Assembly (NCBI GenBank): GCA_963813715.1
Contig: CAWFAK010000007.1
Span: 1,024,001 to 1,088,000, forward strand
From: an uncultured Planctomycetaceae bacterium
Lineage (GTDB): Bacteria; Planctomycetota; Planctomycetia; Planctomycetales; Planctomycetaceae
DNA length: 64,000 nucleotides
Direction: 5' to 3'
The notes under the pieces were generated by a model. The model was not told where the DNA came from. It did not search any database and worked only from the letters and a program-made list of their open reading frames with translations. The first letter of the stretch is position 1. Every line of letters begins with the position of its first letter. The position numbers were made by a program, and so were the translations under genes. Positions 1-11,218 of the stretch are shown here, piece after piece.

Positions 1-313
1 AGGCGCCCGGGCGGCAAACGAGGATCACTTCAAAGGAAGCACCTTGTGCGGCGCGCCGCCGCAACAGCAGGAGTCAGCATAGCCAGATTGCGGTCGCCCA
101 TTCCAGTCCCGTCAGCCGACAGGGGCGAATGCGCAGGATTCAGGCCGAAGGACTCGCCTCGCTTCACGTCTTTTTTCGCAAATCGGCGCTCGATCTTGTT
201 CTCACGGCGCGATAGAACGAAACACGACACCAATGGATCTGACGAGTGGAGGAAAGGAGCATTTCACCCCGAGAATTATTTCACGACCTTCAACTGCAGT
301 GAAAGGCCCAGCG

Positions 314-538
314 ATGGCAAAGAGAAAGGCGGCATCGAAAAAGGCGGCGGCACCAAAGAACCCAAAAGCGGTCACGGCCCTGCCCCAGGACGTGGTCTTA
401 GTCTACGTTCCCGACGCGATCTACAATCTCGGCGGCAACATGCAGCAGATGATCGGCGCGATGAACTCTCTCTGGGCCAAATCGTTCGGCGTAAAGCACG
501 TGTGGGTGGATAACAACAGTACCTGGCCCAACCTGTAG
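314..538 (+). CDS. Small hypothetical protein (74 aa) with Lys/Ala-rich N-terminus
   Basis: ATG at 314 preceded by GAAAGG (301-306); MAKRKAASKKAAAPKNPK followed by a compact globular-looking segment; GC-ending codons. Confidence 0.6.
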   Translation: MAKRKAASKKAAAPKNPKAVTALPQDVVLVYVPDAIYNLGGNMQQMIGAMNSLWAKSFGVKHVWVDNNSTWPNL

Positions 539-625
539 TTGCGCACGTCACGCGTGCGTTCTTCGCACACCCCCGCAAAGATTTGACAGCCGCAAGTCAC
601 CCGTGGATGATGGCTCGGGTGCAGT

Positions 626-2308
626 TTGCCTCTGCCTCCGAGCCTTCATTTGCCGGGAGCGGCGACCATTCAATCCAACCGTCGAGGATTCTTGCAGAGC
701 AGTTTGCTGGGTGCGGCGGCCGCGTTGCCGCTGGGCGCCTCGGCCGAGACGAAGGGCGGAGCGAGTCGCCCAGCGGACAAGTCGGCCGACCGTGTCGAGC
801 CCTTCGAGTTGGACGAGCTGACGATCGCCGATTTGCAGCAGGCGATGCAATCCGGCAAAGAGAGCGCGCGTTCGCTCGTCAAGAAATACCAGGCGCGAAT
901 CGAGGCCGTCGACCGCAAAGGCCCCGCGCTCAACAGCGTGATCGAAGTCAATCCGGACGCGCTCGAGATCGCCGAGGCGCTCGACCGGGAACGCTCGGCG
1001 AAGGGAGCGCGGGGTCCGCTGCACGGAATTCCCGTCCTGATCAAGGACAATATCGACACCGCGGATCGGATGCATACGACCGCGGGCTCGCTCGCGCTCG
1101 TCGACGCCCGTCCGCCGGAGGATGCGTTTCTCGTGCGGCGTCTGCGCGAAGCCGGCGCCGTCATCCTGGGCAAAACGAACCTGAGCGAGTGGGCCAACAT
1201 CCGCTGTAGCTATTCGACCAGCGGTTGGAGCGGCCGCGGCGGGCTGACCAAGAATCCCTACGCGCTCGACCGCAATCCGTGCGGGTCGAGCTCCGGCTCC
1301 GGAGCGGCCGTGGCCGCCAGTCTGTGTGCCGTGGCTGTCGGGACCGAAACCGATGGATCGGTCGTCAGCCCCTCCTCGGCCAACGGTATCGTCGGCATGA
1401 AGCCGACGGTCGGCCTGGTGAGTCGCACCGGTGTGATTCCCATTTCCTACTCGCAAGACACGGCCGGCCCGATGTGCCGCACCGTCCGCGACGTGGCCAT
1501 TCTGCTCGGCGCACTGGCCGGCAGCGATCCGGCCGACAAGGCGACCACGGACGACAAGCGCAAGGCTCTGGCCGACTACTCGAAGGCTCTCGATCCTCGC
1601 GGTCTCAAGGGAGCGAGGATCGGCGTCGCGCGGAACTATTTTGGTTTCGACGACACGGTGGACGCGGTCCTCGGCCACTCGCTCGATGCCCTGAAACACG
1701 AAGGCGCGACGCTCGTCGATCCGGCCGAGATTCCCAACATGGATAAGGTCGGCGAATCGGAACTGACCGTCCACCTGTACGAGTTGAAGTCCGGCCTCGC
1801 CAACTATTTCGCCCGGCTCGGTAAGCACGCGCCGATGAAGTCCTTGAAAGACGTGATCGAATTCAACGAGAAGCACAAATCTCACGAGATGCCCTATTTC
1901 GGACAGGACTTGTTCGAGAAGTCGGTGAAGAAGGGCTCGCTGCAAAGCTACGAATATCAGGAGGCCCTGGCCCGCTGCCGCCGCCTGGCGCGCACCGAGG
2001 GGATCGACGCGACGATGGACAAGTTCAAGCTCGATGCGTTCGTCGCGCCGACGCTCGGACCGGCCTGCCTCACCGACCTGGTCGTCGGCGATCGCTGGCG
2101 TGGCGAGGCGTCGACGGCGGCCGCGGTTTCCGGTTACCCGAGCATTACCGTCCCGGCGGGATTTATCTTCGGCTTGCCGATCGGCCTGCTCTTTTTCGGC
2201 CGGGCCTGGAGCGAAGCGACGCTCCTCAAGCTGGCGTACGCCTTCGAGCAAGCGACCAAAATCCGCAAGCCCCCGCGGTTCTTGCCCTCGGCCGAGCTGA
2301 CCGCCTAA
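626..2308 (+). CDS. Amidase-signature family amidase with probable Tat signal
   Basis: GPLHGIPVLIKDNI, GKTNLSEW, GSSSGSG and GTETDGSVVSPS (Lys-Ser-Ser triad); NRRGFLQSSLLGAAAALPLGASA twin-arginine-like leader; start codon uncertain. Confidence 0.93.
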   Translation: MPLPPSLHLPGAATIQSNRRGFLQSSLLGAAAALPLGASAETKGGASRPADKSADRVEPFELDELTIADLQQAMQSGKESARSLVKKYQARIEAVDRKGPALNSVIEVNPDALEIAEALDRERSAKGARGPLHGIPVLIKDNIDTADRMHTTAGSLALVDARPPEDAFLVRRLREAGAVILGKTNLSEWANIRCSYSTSGWSGRGGLTKNPYALDRNPCGSSSGSGAAVAASLCAVAVGTETDGSVVSPSSANGIVGMKPTVGLVSRTGVIPISYSQDTAGPMCRTVRDVAILLGALAGSDPADKATTDDKRKALADYSKALDPRGLKGARIGVARNYFGFDDTVDAVLGHSLDALKHEGATLVDPAEIPNMDKVGESELTVHLYELKSGLANYFARLGKHAPMKSLKDVIEFNEKHKSHEMPYFGQDLFEKSVKKGSLQSYEYQEALARCRRLARTEGIDATMDKFKLDAFVAPTLGPACLTDLVVGDRWRGEASTAAAVSGYPSITVPAGFIFGLPIGLLFFGRAWSEATLLKLAYAFEQATKIRKPPRFLPSAELTA

Positions 2309-2467
2309 GGCGGCGCGAGTCGCGATTTTGTCCGAAATGTCGCACGGGGAACTGCCTTCGCGGAAACAAACGGCAACGGGCCACGCGTCTTAATTGTCGG
2401 CGAAATCATCCCGTTATCGCGGCGCGGGAGACTGCTAAGCCAGACTCCCGGTGATGGAGCGGTTGTT

Positions 2468-4592
2468 ATGTCGAGGCTCCGTGCGGTTTCGTTTCTCGTC
2501 GCCTTAATTCGTTCTGCCGTGATCCGCTGTGCTCTGATCCCGTGTGCCCTGGTTTCGTGCGCTTTGATCTTGGCGGCCGGCCGGGCGCAAGCGGCTGACC
2601 CGCCGGCTCCTCCGGGCGGCGCACGGCTCACCTTTCGCTTCAAATCGGCCAATCCGCCCATTCGCACGGGCGCCCCCTTCTCCGTCGACTATGTCTTCAA
2701 TTCGACCTTTGCCGACGTGCTTACAGGCGAGCTCGAGATCGAGTTCGTGGAAGATGACCGCATTAACCTGCGCCTGCGCACCGACCCGATCGCCGTCGCG
2801 AGCGGAAAGAACTCTTATCATCTGCTCCTGCCGCCGACTGCCGCCCGTCGCGATGCGGCGGCCTTTTCCGTGCGAGCTCGGTTCCATTCGTCGAAAGGCG
2901 TGTTCGATCTCGGCAAGCACGACCTGCTGGTGCCGATGCACGATGCCCGCCAATTCTTGATCGCCGCTCCCAATCTCTCGCGGAACACCGTCGCGCGATT
3001 AGCCGCCCAGCTACGGCTCGACGCCTTTCGGCCCACGGATAACAACCTCCACCGAGCCGATTTGTTGACACTCCCCACCGAGGTCGACCTTCCGAATATG
3101 CCCATGCAGGCACTTGGCCTTTACCCATTCGACCTGCTGCTCTTAGCGGAGGACGGGTTCAGCCGCCTGTCGGCCCGGCAGCTCGAGGCGGTCTCCGAAT
3201 GGGTGGAGCAAGGAGGCCGCGCCGTGATCGTCCCGACCGGCGTACTGACGCCCGCGCACACGAGCTTCCTTGACCGAATCACGAGCCACGCCGCCGCTCC
3301 GGGAAGCTTCAACCTGGACCCGCTCGGTCATCTCGAAATCGACGAGACCGTGTCGAAGGCGTCGATTCTTCGCTGTCGTTTTGGATTCGGACGCGCGCTG
3401 GTCTTGCGCGCCATGCCCGAGATCAAGGAAGACGGCAGCATGAACGGAATCAGCGCCCCCGAGTGGACGCGGGCGGTCTGCTACATCTGGAACGTTGACC
3501 CAAGGCAGACGCAGAACATTCTGAATACTGGGATTTGGATCCCGCCGCCCAAGCCCAAGTATGAACTCGACCTCAGCCCCTTGCGGCCCCTCGAATTCGC
3601 GACAGCCAGCAGCCTGCGACAGCTGCTGTTCCCCCGGACAGTGCGAGTGATGCCCTTTGGCGTCGTCGCCACGATCCTGGCATTGTTTCTCCTGGCGATC
3701 GCGCCGGGCGATTATTACCTCTATGGACTGCTCCGCCGCTGGCCGATTCGGTGGATCGCCTTTCCCGCCACGTGCCTGGCTTTCACGCTGGGCACTGTCT
3801 GGATCGCGGGAAACTACACCGGCCGGGTCGATCATCGCACCGAGCTGGTGATTGTCGACCTGGGCGAAGACGGCAAGCCGCTACGGACGTCACGCATCGA
3901 GCACGTATTGACGGCCCAGACGCGGCCGGTGTCACTCGAGCTGCACAACACTCTCTTTGCCCTGACCGACGTACAACCGTCGACGACTCCGACTCAACGG
4001 GACGAATTCGGACGTCCCCAGCCGACGAACCTCGACGACGATCTCGATCTGCGCGAATCGTTCACCGTTCCGAGCTACGCGGGAACGTTGCCGTCCAACT
4101 TCTCGGTCACGCGGCCGTCCCGTCAGTGGTCACCCAGCATGCACCGCGTGACGCGACCCGGCGCGGATGTGACCGTCCCGCCGATCGCCTGGTCGGAACT
4201 TGATTCCGTCGATTTGTCCTCCGATCGCGGCCGGAAGCAACTGCTCGACTCGGTGCGGCGGGCGGCACCGGAATGCGATGTGTTTTTGGAAAGCTCCGAG
4301 CGAGTGTATGCCTCCCTCGGCAGTGGACCTTTTCTGGAACGCAGCTGGCACCGCGAGGGCTGGGAAGGCGTGCTGAAGACTTTGGCCCGGCGCGGCGAGG
4401 GGGGGCTGTTCTCGATCATTTCGCACGTGGCGCCCAGCGGTGCTGGCGATCTGGAGGATCTCGCCGTCCTCGGTCCCGATCCGCCTGACCATTGGCTGCT
4501 GCAGGTGGCTCTCCATCAGAGACAATGGCCTGGTGGTCTTCCGCAAGATGTTCCATCCGAAATTGAAGCCTCAATCGGGACGCGACCGATGA
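2468..4592 (+). CDS. Large membrane-anchored ABC-transporter-associated protein (frameshift ~4520)
   Basis: Signal peptide, glutamine-amidotransferase-like segment (LEAVSEWVEQGGRAVIV), two TM helices around GDYYLY; corrected frame ends DNGLVVFRKMFHPKLKPQSGRDR* with ATGA overlap at 4589-4592. Confidence 0.7.
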
Positions 4593-5546
4593 CCGAGCTG
4601 ACGAAAACTCCTGTCCCGATGGTCGACATCCGCAACTTATGGATCAAGTATGGATCGTTCATCGCCGTGCGGGGCATCTCCTTCAAGATTCCACGAGGCG
4701 AAGTTTTCGGTTTCATCGGACCCAACGGCGCCGGCAAGTCCTCCACGATCCGCGTGCTCGCCACGCTGCAGCAGCCGAACGCGGGCTACGCGCTGGTCGA
4801 CGGCGTGGAGGTGCGGCAGGACCCGATGAAGATCCGCCGCAAGATGGGCTACATGCCCGATTCGTTCGGCCTCTACGAAGGGCTGACCGTCCGCGAATAC
4901 CTCCATTTCTTCGCGGCCGCCTACGACACTCCCGAGGAGCGGCGCGATCGCCTCGTCGACGACGTGCTTGGCACTCACCGACTTGAGGTTCAAGCTCGAT
5001 TCGCAGGTCGACGGCCTGTCGCGCGGTATGAAGCAGCGGCTGGGACTGGCGCGCGTGCTGCTGCACGACCCGGAGCTATTGCTGCTCGACGAGCCGGCCA
5101 GCGGCCTCGATCCGCGGGCCCGCATCGAAGTCCGGGAGATCCTCAAAGAACTTTCGCGGATGGGCAAGACGATTCTGATCTCCAGCCACATCCTGCATGA
5201 GCTGTCGCAACTGTGTACGCGGATCGGCATCCTCGAGGCCGGGACGCTATTGACCGAAGGCTCGCTCGAGGAGATCTACCATCGCCTCGGCCTGATGCAG
5301 CTTGTCCATGTGCAGGTGGTCAGCGGCCCGCAGGAACTGGCCGCGCACCTGGGCAGCATCAACGGGGTGGAATCAGTGGAAGTGCAGGCCGATCGCCTGT
5401 CGATCCGCGTCCGCGCCGAATTGCTTCCGCCCGAGGACCTGCTCGATCACATTCGCGCGTTCGGCGCGCGGGTGCGCATGTTCCAGCCGGAGGCCATGGA
5501 ACTGGAGACAGCCTTCATGAAGTTGACCCAGGGGACGACGGCGTGA
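4589..5546 (+). CDS. ABC transporter ATP-binding protein (frameshift ~4968)
   Basis: Walker A GPNGAGKSS; signature LSRGMKQRLGLA; Walker B LLLLDEPASGLDP; H-loop ISSHIL. Confidence 0.93.
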
Positions 5547-5567
5547 ACCGGCTGTCGGAATAGAGCG

Positions 5568-7288
5568 ATGAACCGCCGACTCAAGTTGCCGCGAATGCCG
5601 CGCCTGCCGATCCTGTCCAAGGATCTGCTGGAGCGGGCCTCGCGGAAGCGGACGTACGTCATCCGCTTCCTCTACGGCTTGGCGCTGTTCGTCGCCGCCT
5701 GCACGTTGTTCTACGGAAATATCGGCGTGTCGGCCGAGGCCGGCGAAGCGCTGGGCGCGGAGCGGCCCATTTTCGCTGGCTGCTGGGCTTTCAGCTGGTT
5801 GCGCTCTATGTGTTGGTGCCTATCATCACGGCCGAGGCCATCGCCGGCGAAAAGCAGCGAGACACCCTGGCCCTGTTGCTGGTCACGACGCTGACGCCCC
5901 GGCAAATCATTCTGCAGAAGTTCGTCGCCCGCATGGCGTCGGTGCTGAGCTTTGTCTGCCTGTCGTTCCCCCTGTTGGCAATCACCTACACGTTCGGCGG
6001 CGTGACCCCCGCGGAGCTCGTCGACGGGATGATTCTGTTGGTGATCGTCTGTCTGCATTTAGGCGCAGTGGCCATTGCTTGCTCGGCCTATTTCCAGACG
6101 ACGGCCCAGGCTCTCGCGGCCACTTACATCGCCAGCATCTCCTTTCGCTTCTGCTGTTTTGGCGGCATGGGGAGCCCGTCGGGCCCGGGCAACGTGGTCG
6201 GCTCGATCTTGGCGCTGATCTCCATCTTTGTCTGCCTCATGATGGCGGGGCAGTTTCTGGTGGACCGCGCCTTTGTGCAATCGCGGAATTATCTGCTCGA
6301 ATGCTTTCGCGCCCTCGACCGGGTCTTCGAGCAGATGAACGTGGTGACCGGCGGCGTGGTGCTCGTCCGCGATCGCGGGTTCTTGCCGCGGAATGCCCCG
6401 ATCCGCTGGCGTGAAACGCGGAAAAAATCGCTCGGCACCTTCCGATACTTGTTTCGCGTCCTGGCGTTGCTCGAAACCCCGATCATTTATTACGTCCAGC
6501 TGGTTCGCCTCACGCCCGGCTCCCGTGTTGGTGACTACGGGCTCACGAAGCTCTTGTACGGGCTCTGGCTCGTGGCCGCGCCGCTCGTGGCCGTGCATGC
6601 CGCCAGCGTGATTTCGGAAGAGCGGTCGCGCCAAACGCTCAGCGTGCTGCTGACGACTCCCCTCTCCTCGATGCGGATTCTCGAGGAGAAGCTCTCGGGC
6701 GTGCGGCGACTGTCCGCCGTGCTGATGGTCCCCTTCGCCAGCATCTTTCTCTTCGTCACGTGGTGGAATTCGCGTCCTTCGGTCGATTATCTCGTGCTCT
6801 CCGCACTGACCGTGGTGACTTATCTGACGCTCATCCAGTGGACGTCGCTGGCGATCGGCCTGCGGTTCCCCAACCAGCTGACGGCCATCGTCGGCGCTGC
6901 GGGGTTGCTCGGCCTGTGGGTCGGCGGCTTGCAGGCCGGCGCGCCCCTGTTGAATTACTTGAATATCGACGCCCGCGGATTGGCCGAGGCGTGTCGCACG
7001 CTCAGCCCGATCGACATGATCACCCGCACGCAAAGTTCCGCCGAGACGGGGCTCGGCCCCAAATGGCCCTCTCCGTGGGAAGCGTCCCGGCTGGCAACGA
7101 TCGCGCACTTCAGTTTCTACGTGGCCTTGGGGCTGGTCATCCAGCTCTGGTGTCGGCTGAATGCCGATCGTTACCTCGGCCGCATTCCCCAGCCCGGTTC
7201 CCCCGCCATCCGCTGGCTGCCGTGGACGTCGCGTGACTCCTCGGACGTCGTGCCGGCCGGTCTCGATCTCAACCCTGAGCACGGGTGA
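5568..7288 (+). CDS. ABC-2-type permease with two permease halves (frameshift ~5755)
   Basis: Repeated motif IAGEKQRDTLALLLVTTL / ISEERSRQTLSVLLTTPL; many TM segments; follows the ATPase. Confidence 0.85.
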
Positions 7289-7453
7289 ACCGATTACGGT
7301 TGCCGACCCGATCACGGTTGTTGAACGACCGACCGCCGAGGGGATTGTCCGGCTCGCGGACCGTCGGTAGAGTTGGCCTCGACTGGGGCAATCGCGCGGG
7401 CGTCGCGCGGCCGCAGGCTCTCCAGCAGGCTGCCTAAATAGGGGACATCGACC

Positions 7454-7754
7454 ATGTACGACATGAAGAACCTGACCAAGCTCAAGAAGATCGGCGAGTT
7501 GGCCCCCGAGGCCTTCAAGGGGTTCATGGCCTTCGACGAGGCGGCCTTCAAGGACGGAGCGATCCCCCTCAAATATAAGGAGATGATCGCAGTTGCCGTG
7601 GCACTCACGACCCAATGCCCTTACTGCATCGAGATTCATGCCAAGCGGGCGAAGAAGGCCGGCGTCACCGAGCAGGAACTGGCGGAAACCACGCTGGTGG
7701 CGGCCGCGCTTCGCCGGCGGGGCGCTCACGCACGGCACGCACACCATCGACTGA
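7454..7754 (+). CDS. Carboxymuconolactone decarboxylase/AhpD-family protein (frameshift ~7712)
   Basis: KYKEMIAVAVALTTQCPYCIEIH CxxC motif; corrected end AALRAGGALTHGTHTID*. Confidence 0.9.
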
Positions 7755-7772
7755 CTCCGCGTCCGGTGCCTT

Positions 7773-9722
7773 TCACGCCGTCGGCTCGTCTTCGTTGACG
7801 ACTTTGGGGGACGGCTTGAGGTCGAACTGGCCGATCTTCTCGGCCGTCACGACCCTGAGCAGCGTGCCGACAATCCCGGCGTCCTGATCGTTGCCGGAGG
7901 TGAAGACCTGTCGCGGCACGATCGGCTGCCGGCTCTTGGACAAGAACTCCGAAATCACGGAGAGCGCGTAGAGTCGCGGGTCGCCGAACGAGGCCACTTT
8001 CTTCAACAGCACCTCGGCCTCGGCCTGGCCGATCCGCGCGACGCGTTCGCCCTCGCCTTGTCCCTCGAGCGCCCGCCGCTTGGACTCGGCCTCCGCGATA
8101 ATGATTGTCTGCTCCGCCTCCTTTTTCGATTTCGACAGGTTGGCCTCCGCCTGGTTCGTAATCACGTTGATCCGCACCTGCGACTGCGACAGCTCAACCT
8201 GCATGTCGGCTTTGGCGCGGGCGTCGTTGAGTTCCTGCTGCTTCGCGGCCGCTTGTTGTTGACGCGCGAACGTCTCGATTTGCTCGGTTGCCAGTTGCCG
8301 CTGCCGGAGTTGGTCGAGCAAATCCTCGATTTTGCCGTCGGCCGAGGCTGTCTCCGGCTTGCCGATCAGCACGTCGACGCACTCAATGTCGAAGGCGAGG
8401 AACTTCCGTTTGAGCTCTGCGCGGGCCTCCTGCTGGATGACATCGCGTTCGTGGATCAACTCCAGCATCGACCGACGATGGGCAATGTCGCGGAAGTAGG
8501 CCGACAACATCGGGTCGAGCGTCTGCGTGATCAGCTGCTTGACGTCGCCAAACCGCTGGATGACGCTGGGGGCCTTCTCATAGTCGATGTGCACCACCAC
8601 GCTTAAGGGCAGCGTCGGCTCGTAGGCGTCCTTGGTGACGAGGTCGATCGAACGCAGGCTTTCGTCATAGCGGTGTCCCTCCGATTTGCCCGTGATCCAG
8701 TGGAGGACGAAGTTCGTCGTCGGCACCAGCACCACCGAGCCGGCGTACGTATTAAACGGATACTTGCCCGGGCCCAGCGGCTTGGCCCGCACGCCGCGCT
8801 CACCTTCCTGCACGCGCTCACCGTGCCGAAAGTCAATTCCGGACAGGTCGTGCCCCTGCAGCCCGTAGTAGGAGACCACGACGCCGACAAAGCCGATCGG
8901 GACAATCTTCTTGTCGATCAACTCAATCGTCGCGAACCAGCGGTTGATGAAATACGTGCCGTCGATGAGCGGCGCATATTGTCGACCGCGGCAGCCGCCT
9001 GCCCGCAGGAACGCCTCTGGGTCCTGGTAGTTGTTGTGAAAATTCGGATCGTCTTTGCTCAAGCCGACCGGCGGCGCGATGATCTCGCTCGACGTCAGTG
9101 ACGGTCCGTCATGGCACGTCACAATGCCGATGTTGTCCTGCTGCGCACCGATGACGACGGGAGAGAATCCGTCGACTGACTTCAGTACCGTCTGCCAGCT
9201 CTCGAGCGTGCCTCGGTCCTGTCCCAGGTGATAGACACCGTCCTGCGTGAGCACGTAGAACTGGGCCAGGTTGATGGCATACACGCCTTCGCGGAGGATC
9301 ATCCGCTGACGGCCCTTCTGGCCGCCGTTCTTGAAGAACAGCGCGGCATCCTGAAAGTTATTACAGTCGACAACGCGTCCGAGCGTCTGGCCCGATTCGA
9401 GCGGCAGACCGTCCCGCGCAAAGACGTAGCCGATGCAGCCCTGCTTGATGGTGACGAGCGGCAGCTTGTGGACGCGGTACTGCCAGCGCCAGTAACCGAC
9501 ATGCAACCCACCGCGCAAGAGCCCCGCCTGGTAGCCGGCCCGGCCGTCGGTCGCGATGAGGTGTCCGCCGCCGAGCGAACCACTGGCCGACCAGAGCTTT
9601 TCCACAATGCCGACGCAGCTGTTGGGAATTTGGCGCACCGCGCAGGCACTAAAGAGTATCGCGGCCGCCGGAAGTCCCGCTGCCGTACCGAGAAGCACCC
9701 AGGTCCAAAATGAAGAGTTCAT
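7773..9722 (-). CDS. SPFH/flotillin-domain membrane protein
   Basis: N-terminal TM, repeated GxxGxQxxxLxxG modules, SPFH core (TKDAYEPTLPLSVVVHID...DVLIGKP), coiled-coil tail; ATG at 9722. Confidence 0.88.
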   Translation of the reverse strand: MNSSFWTWVLLGTAAGLPAAAILFSACAVRQIPNSCVGIVEKLWSASGSLGGGHLIATDGRAGYQAGLLRGGLHVGYWRWQYRVHKLPLVTIKQGCIGYVFARDGLPLESGQTLGRVVDCNNFQDAALFFKNGGQKGRQRMILREGVYAINLAQFYVLTQDGVYHLGQDRGTLESWQTVLKSVDGFSPVVIGAQQDNIGIVTCHDGPSLTSSEIIAPPVGLSKDDPNFHNNYQDPEAFLRAGGCRGRQYAPLIDGTYFINRWFATIELIDKKIVPIGFVGVVVSYYGLQGHDLSGIDFRHGERVQEGERGVRAKPLGPGKYPFNTYAGSVVLVPTTNFVLHWITGKSEGHRYDESLRSIDLVTKDAYEPTLPLSVVVHIDYEKAPSVIQRFGDVKQLITQTLDPMLSAYFRDIAHRRSMLELIHERDVIQQEARAELKRKFLAFDIECVDVLIGKPETASADGKIEDLLDQLRQRQLATEQIETFARQQQAAAKQQELNDARAKADMQVELSQSQVRINVITNQAEANLSKSKKEAEQTIIIAEAESKRRALEGQGEGERVARIGQAEAEVLLKKVASFGDPRLYALSVISEFLSKSRQPIVPRQVFTSGNDQDAGIVGTLLRVVTAEKIGQFDLKPSPKVVNEDEPTA

Positions 9723-10018
9723 ACGCCACCTCGGAATGGGAGTTCGTGCGGCGTCATGGCCGCGAGTACCATCGGGCTCACAACGAGCGCTGTGCCTCAA
9801 TGGCTCAAACTGCTGCAAACCATGAAGGCACAGCAGTTTGCATTCGCAAATCGCGCGAAATCCGTTCGCCCAGGCGGGAATTGTGCTCGCCTCTGAACGT
9901 CCACTGATTCGTTGGCGGGCGGCCCTTGGCATGATTGACGCGGCGCGGCTGACCGGCGTATTGATGAGGGACGCCGCGGATGGATGTTGAGCCACAATTT
10001 CTCGCGAAAGGCACTCCG

Positions 10019-11125
10019 ATGCAGTTCAAACGCGCTCTGGCAGGGGTCGTTGTGGGTGCGATGCTGGCGACGGCCGCCTGCGCCGCCAGCCAAAAATCCG
10101 AACACGGAAAAGCCGAGCTCCGCTCCGCCGGACCTCTGGCTTTTGGGCCGCACGGGGTCTTGTTCATCGGCGATCCCAAGGGCGCGGCCATCTTCGCCGT
10201 CGAAACGAACGACACGGCTACGACCAATGGCGCCAAGCCGTCGGTGAACGTCGACGGACTGAACGAAAAAATCGCCTCCCTGCTCGGCACCAAGAGCGAG
10301 CAGATTCGCATTCAAGATGTGGCCGTCAACCCGGCGAGCGGCAAGGTTTACGTTTCCGTCTCCCGAGGACGTGGCCCGGACGCGCAGCCGGTGCTCGTTC
10401 GGGTCGACGCGACGGGCAAGGTTGACGAATTCGCGCTCGACAACGTGACCTACTCCAAGGCCACGCTGCCCAACCCGCCGGAAGACAAAGAGACCGGCGC
10501 CGGCCGCCGACGGATGAACAACCGCGACGTGGCCATCACCGATCTGGCCTACATCGACGGTACGGTCGTCATCGCCGGGCTGTCCAACGAGGAGTTCGCA
10601 TCCAACCTGCGGGCTATCCCGTATCCCTTCAACGACGTCAACAAGGGCGCAAACGTCGAGATCTTTCACGGTAGCCATGGCCGCCTCGAAACGCGGGCGC
10701 CGATTCGCACGTTCGTGCCGATTTCGTTCGGCGGCAATCCGCAGATCATCGCCGCCTACACCTGCACGCCGCTGGTCCGCATTCCCATGGCCGATTTGCA
10801 GCCGGGCGTGAAGATTCGCGGCACCACGGTCGCCGAGCTGGGCAACATGAACCAGCCCTTGGACATCATCGCCTATCAAAAGGACGGCAAGCATTTCCTG
10901 CTGCTGGCGAACAAGGCCCGCGGCGTGATGAAGATCAGCACCGAGGGATTGATGAATCGCGAGGGCATCACCAAGCCGGTCCACGGGCAAACGGCCGGAC
11001 AACCCTACGAGACGATCAAGGAATGGAAGGGCGTGACCCAACTCGACCAACTCGATGATGCCAATGCCATCGTGCTGATCGAGCAAAACGGCAAGTCCGA
11101 TCTCCGGACCATGCCTCTGCCGTAA
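10019..11125 (+). CDS. Secreted conserved hypothetical protein (possible beta-propeller)
   Basis: Signal peptide MQFKRALAGVVVGAMLATAACAA; blade-like motifs GPLAFGPHGVLFIGD, DVAVNPASGKVYVSV, ITDLAYIDG, PLDIIAYQKDG. Confidence 0.8.
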   Translation: MQFKRALAGVVVGAMLATAACAASQKSEHGKAELRSAGPLAFGPHGVLFIGDPKGAAIFAVETNDTATTNGAKPSVNVDGLNEKIASLLGTKSEQIRIQDVAVNPASGKVYVSVSRGRGPDAQPVLVRVDATGKVDEFALDNVTYSKATLPNPPEDKETGAGRRRMNNRDVAITDLAYIDGTVVIAGLSNEEFASNLRAIPYPFNDVNKGANVEIFHGSHGRLETRAPIRTFVPISFGGNPQIIAAYTCTPLVRIPMADLQPGVKIRGTTVAELGNMNQPLDIIAYQKDGKHFLLLANKARGVMKISTEGLMNREGITKPVHGQTAGQPYETIKEWKGVTQLDQLDDANAIVLIEQNGKSDLRTMPLP

Positions 11126-11218
11126 GCGTCGTCATCTCCGGGCGAAACTCCGCACAGATTGAAAACGAGTCGCGCGACGGCGCGCAGCTGTGCGGAGTCG
11201 CGTTGACTCGTTTTTCGC

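Noticed and set aside
548..2251. Long antisense ORFs (this one, 6059-7747, 16797-18512, 39641-41629 and others)
   Set aside because: Shadow ORFs expected in high-GC coding DNA; Arg/Ala-rich with no motifs
2468..5200. 910-aa fusion of membrane protein and ABC ATPase
   Set aside because: Frameshift artefact; the alternative frame ends in an ATGA overlap at 4589-4592
7290..7320. 13-bp direct repeat CCGAT[TC]ACGGTTG
   Set aside because: Probably encodes PITV..PITV in a frameshifted permease tail; too short to support an operator
11147..11215. HDV-like ribozyme reading of the pseudoknot
   Set aside because: Helix order is similar, but stem lengths, the L3 sequence and the P1.1 GG are not matched on either strand
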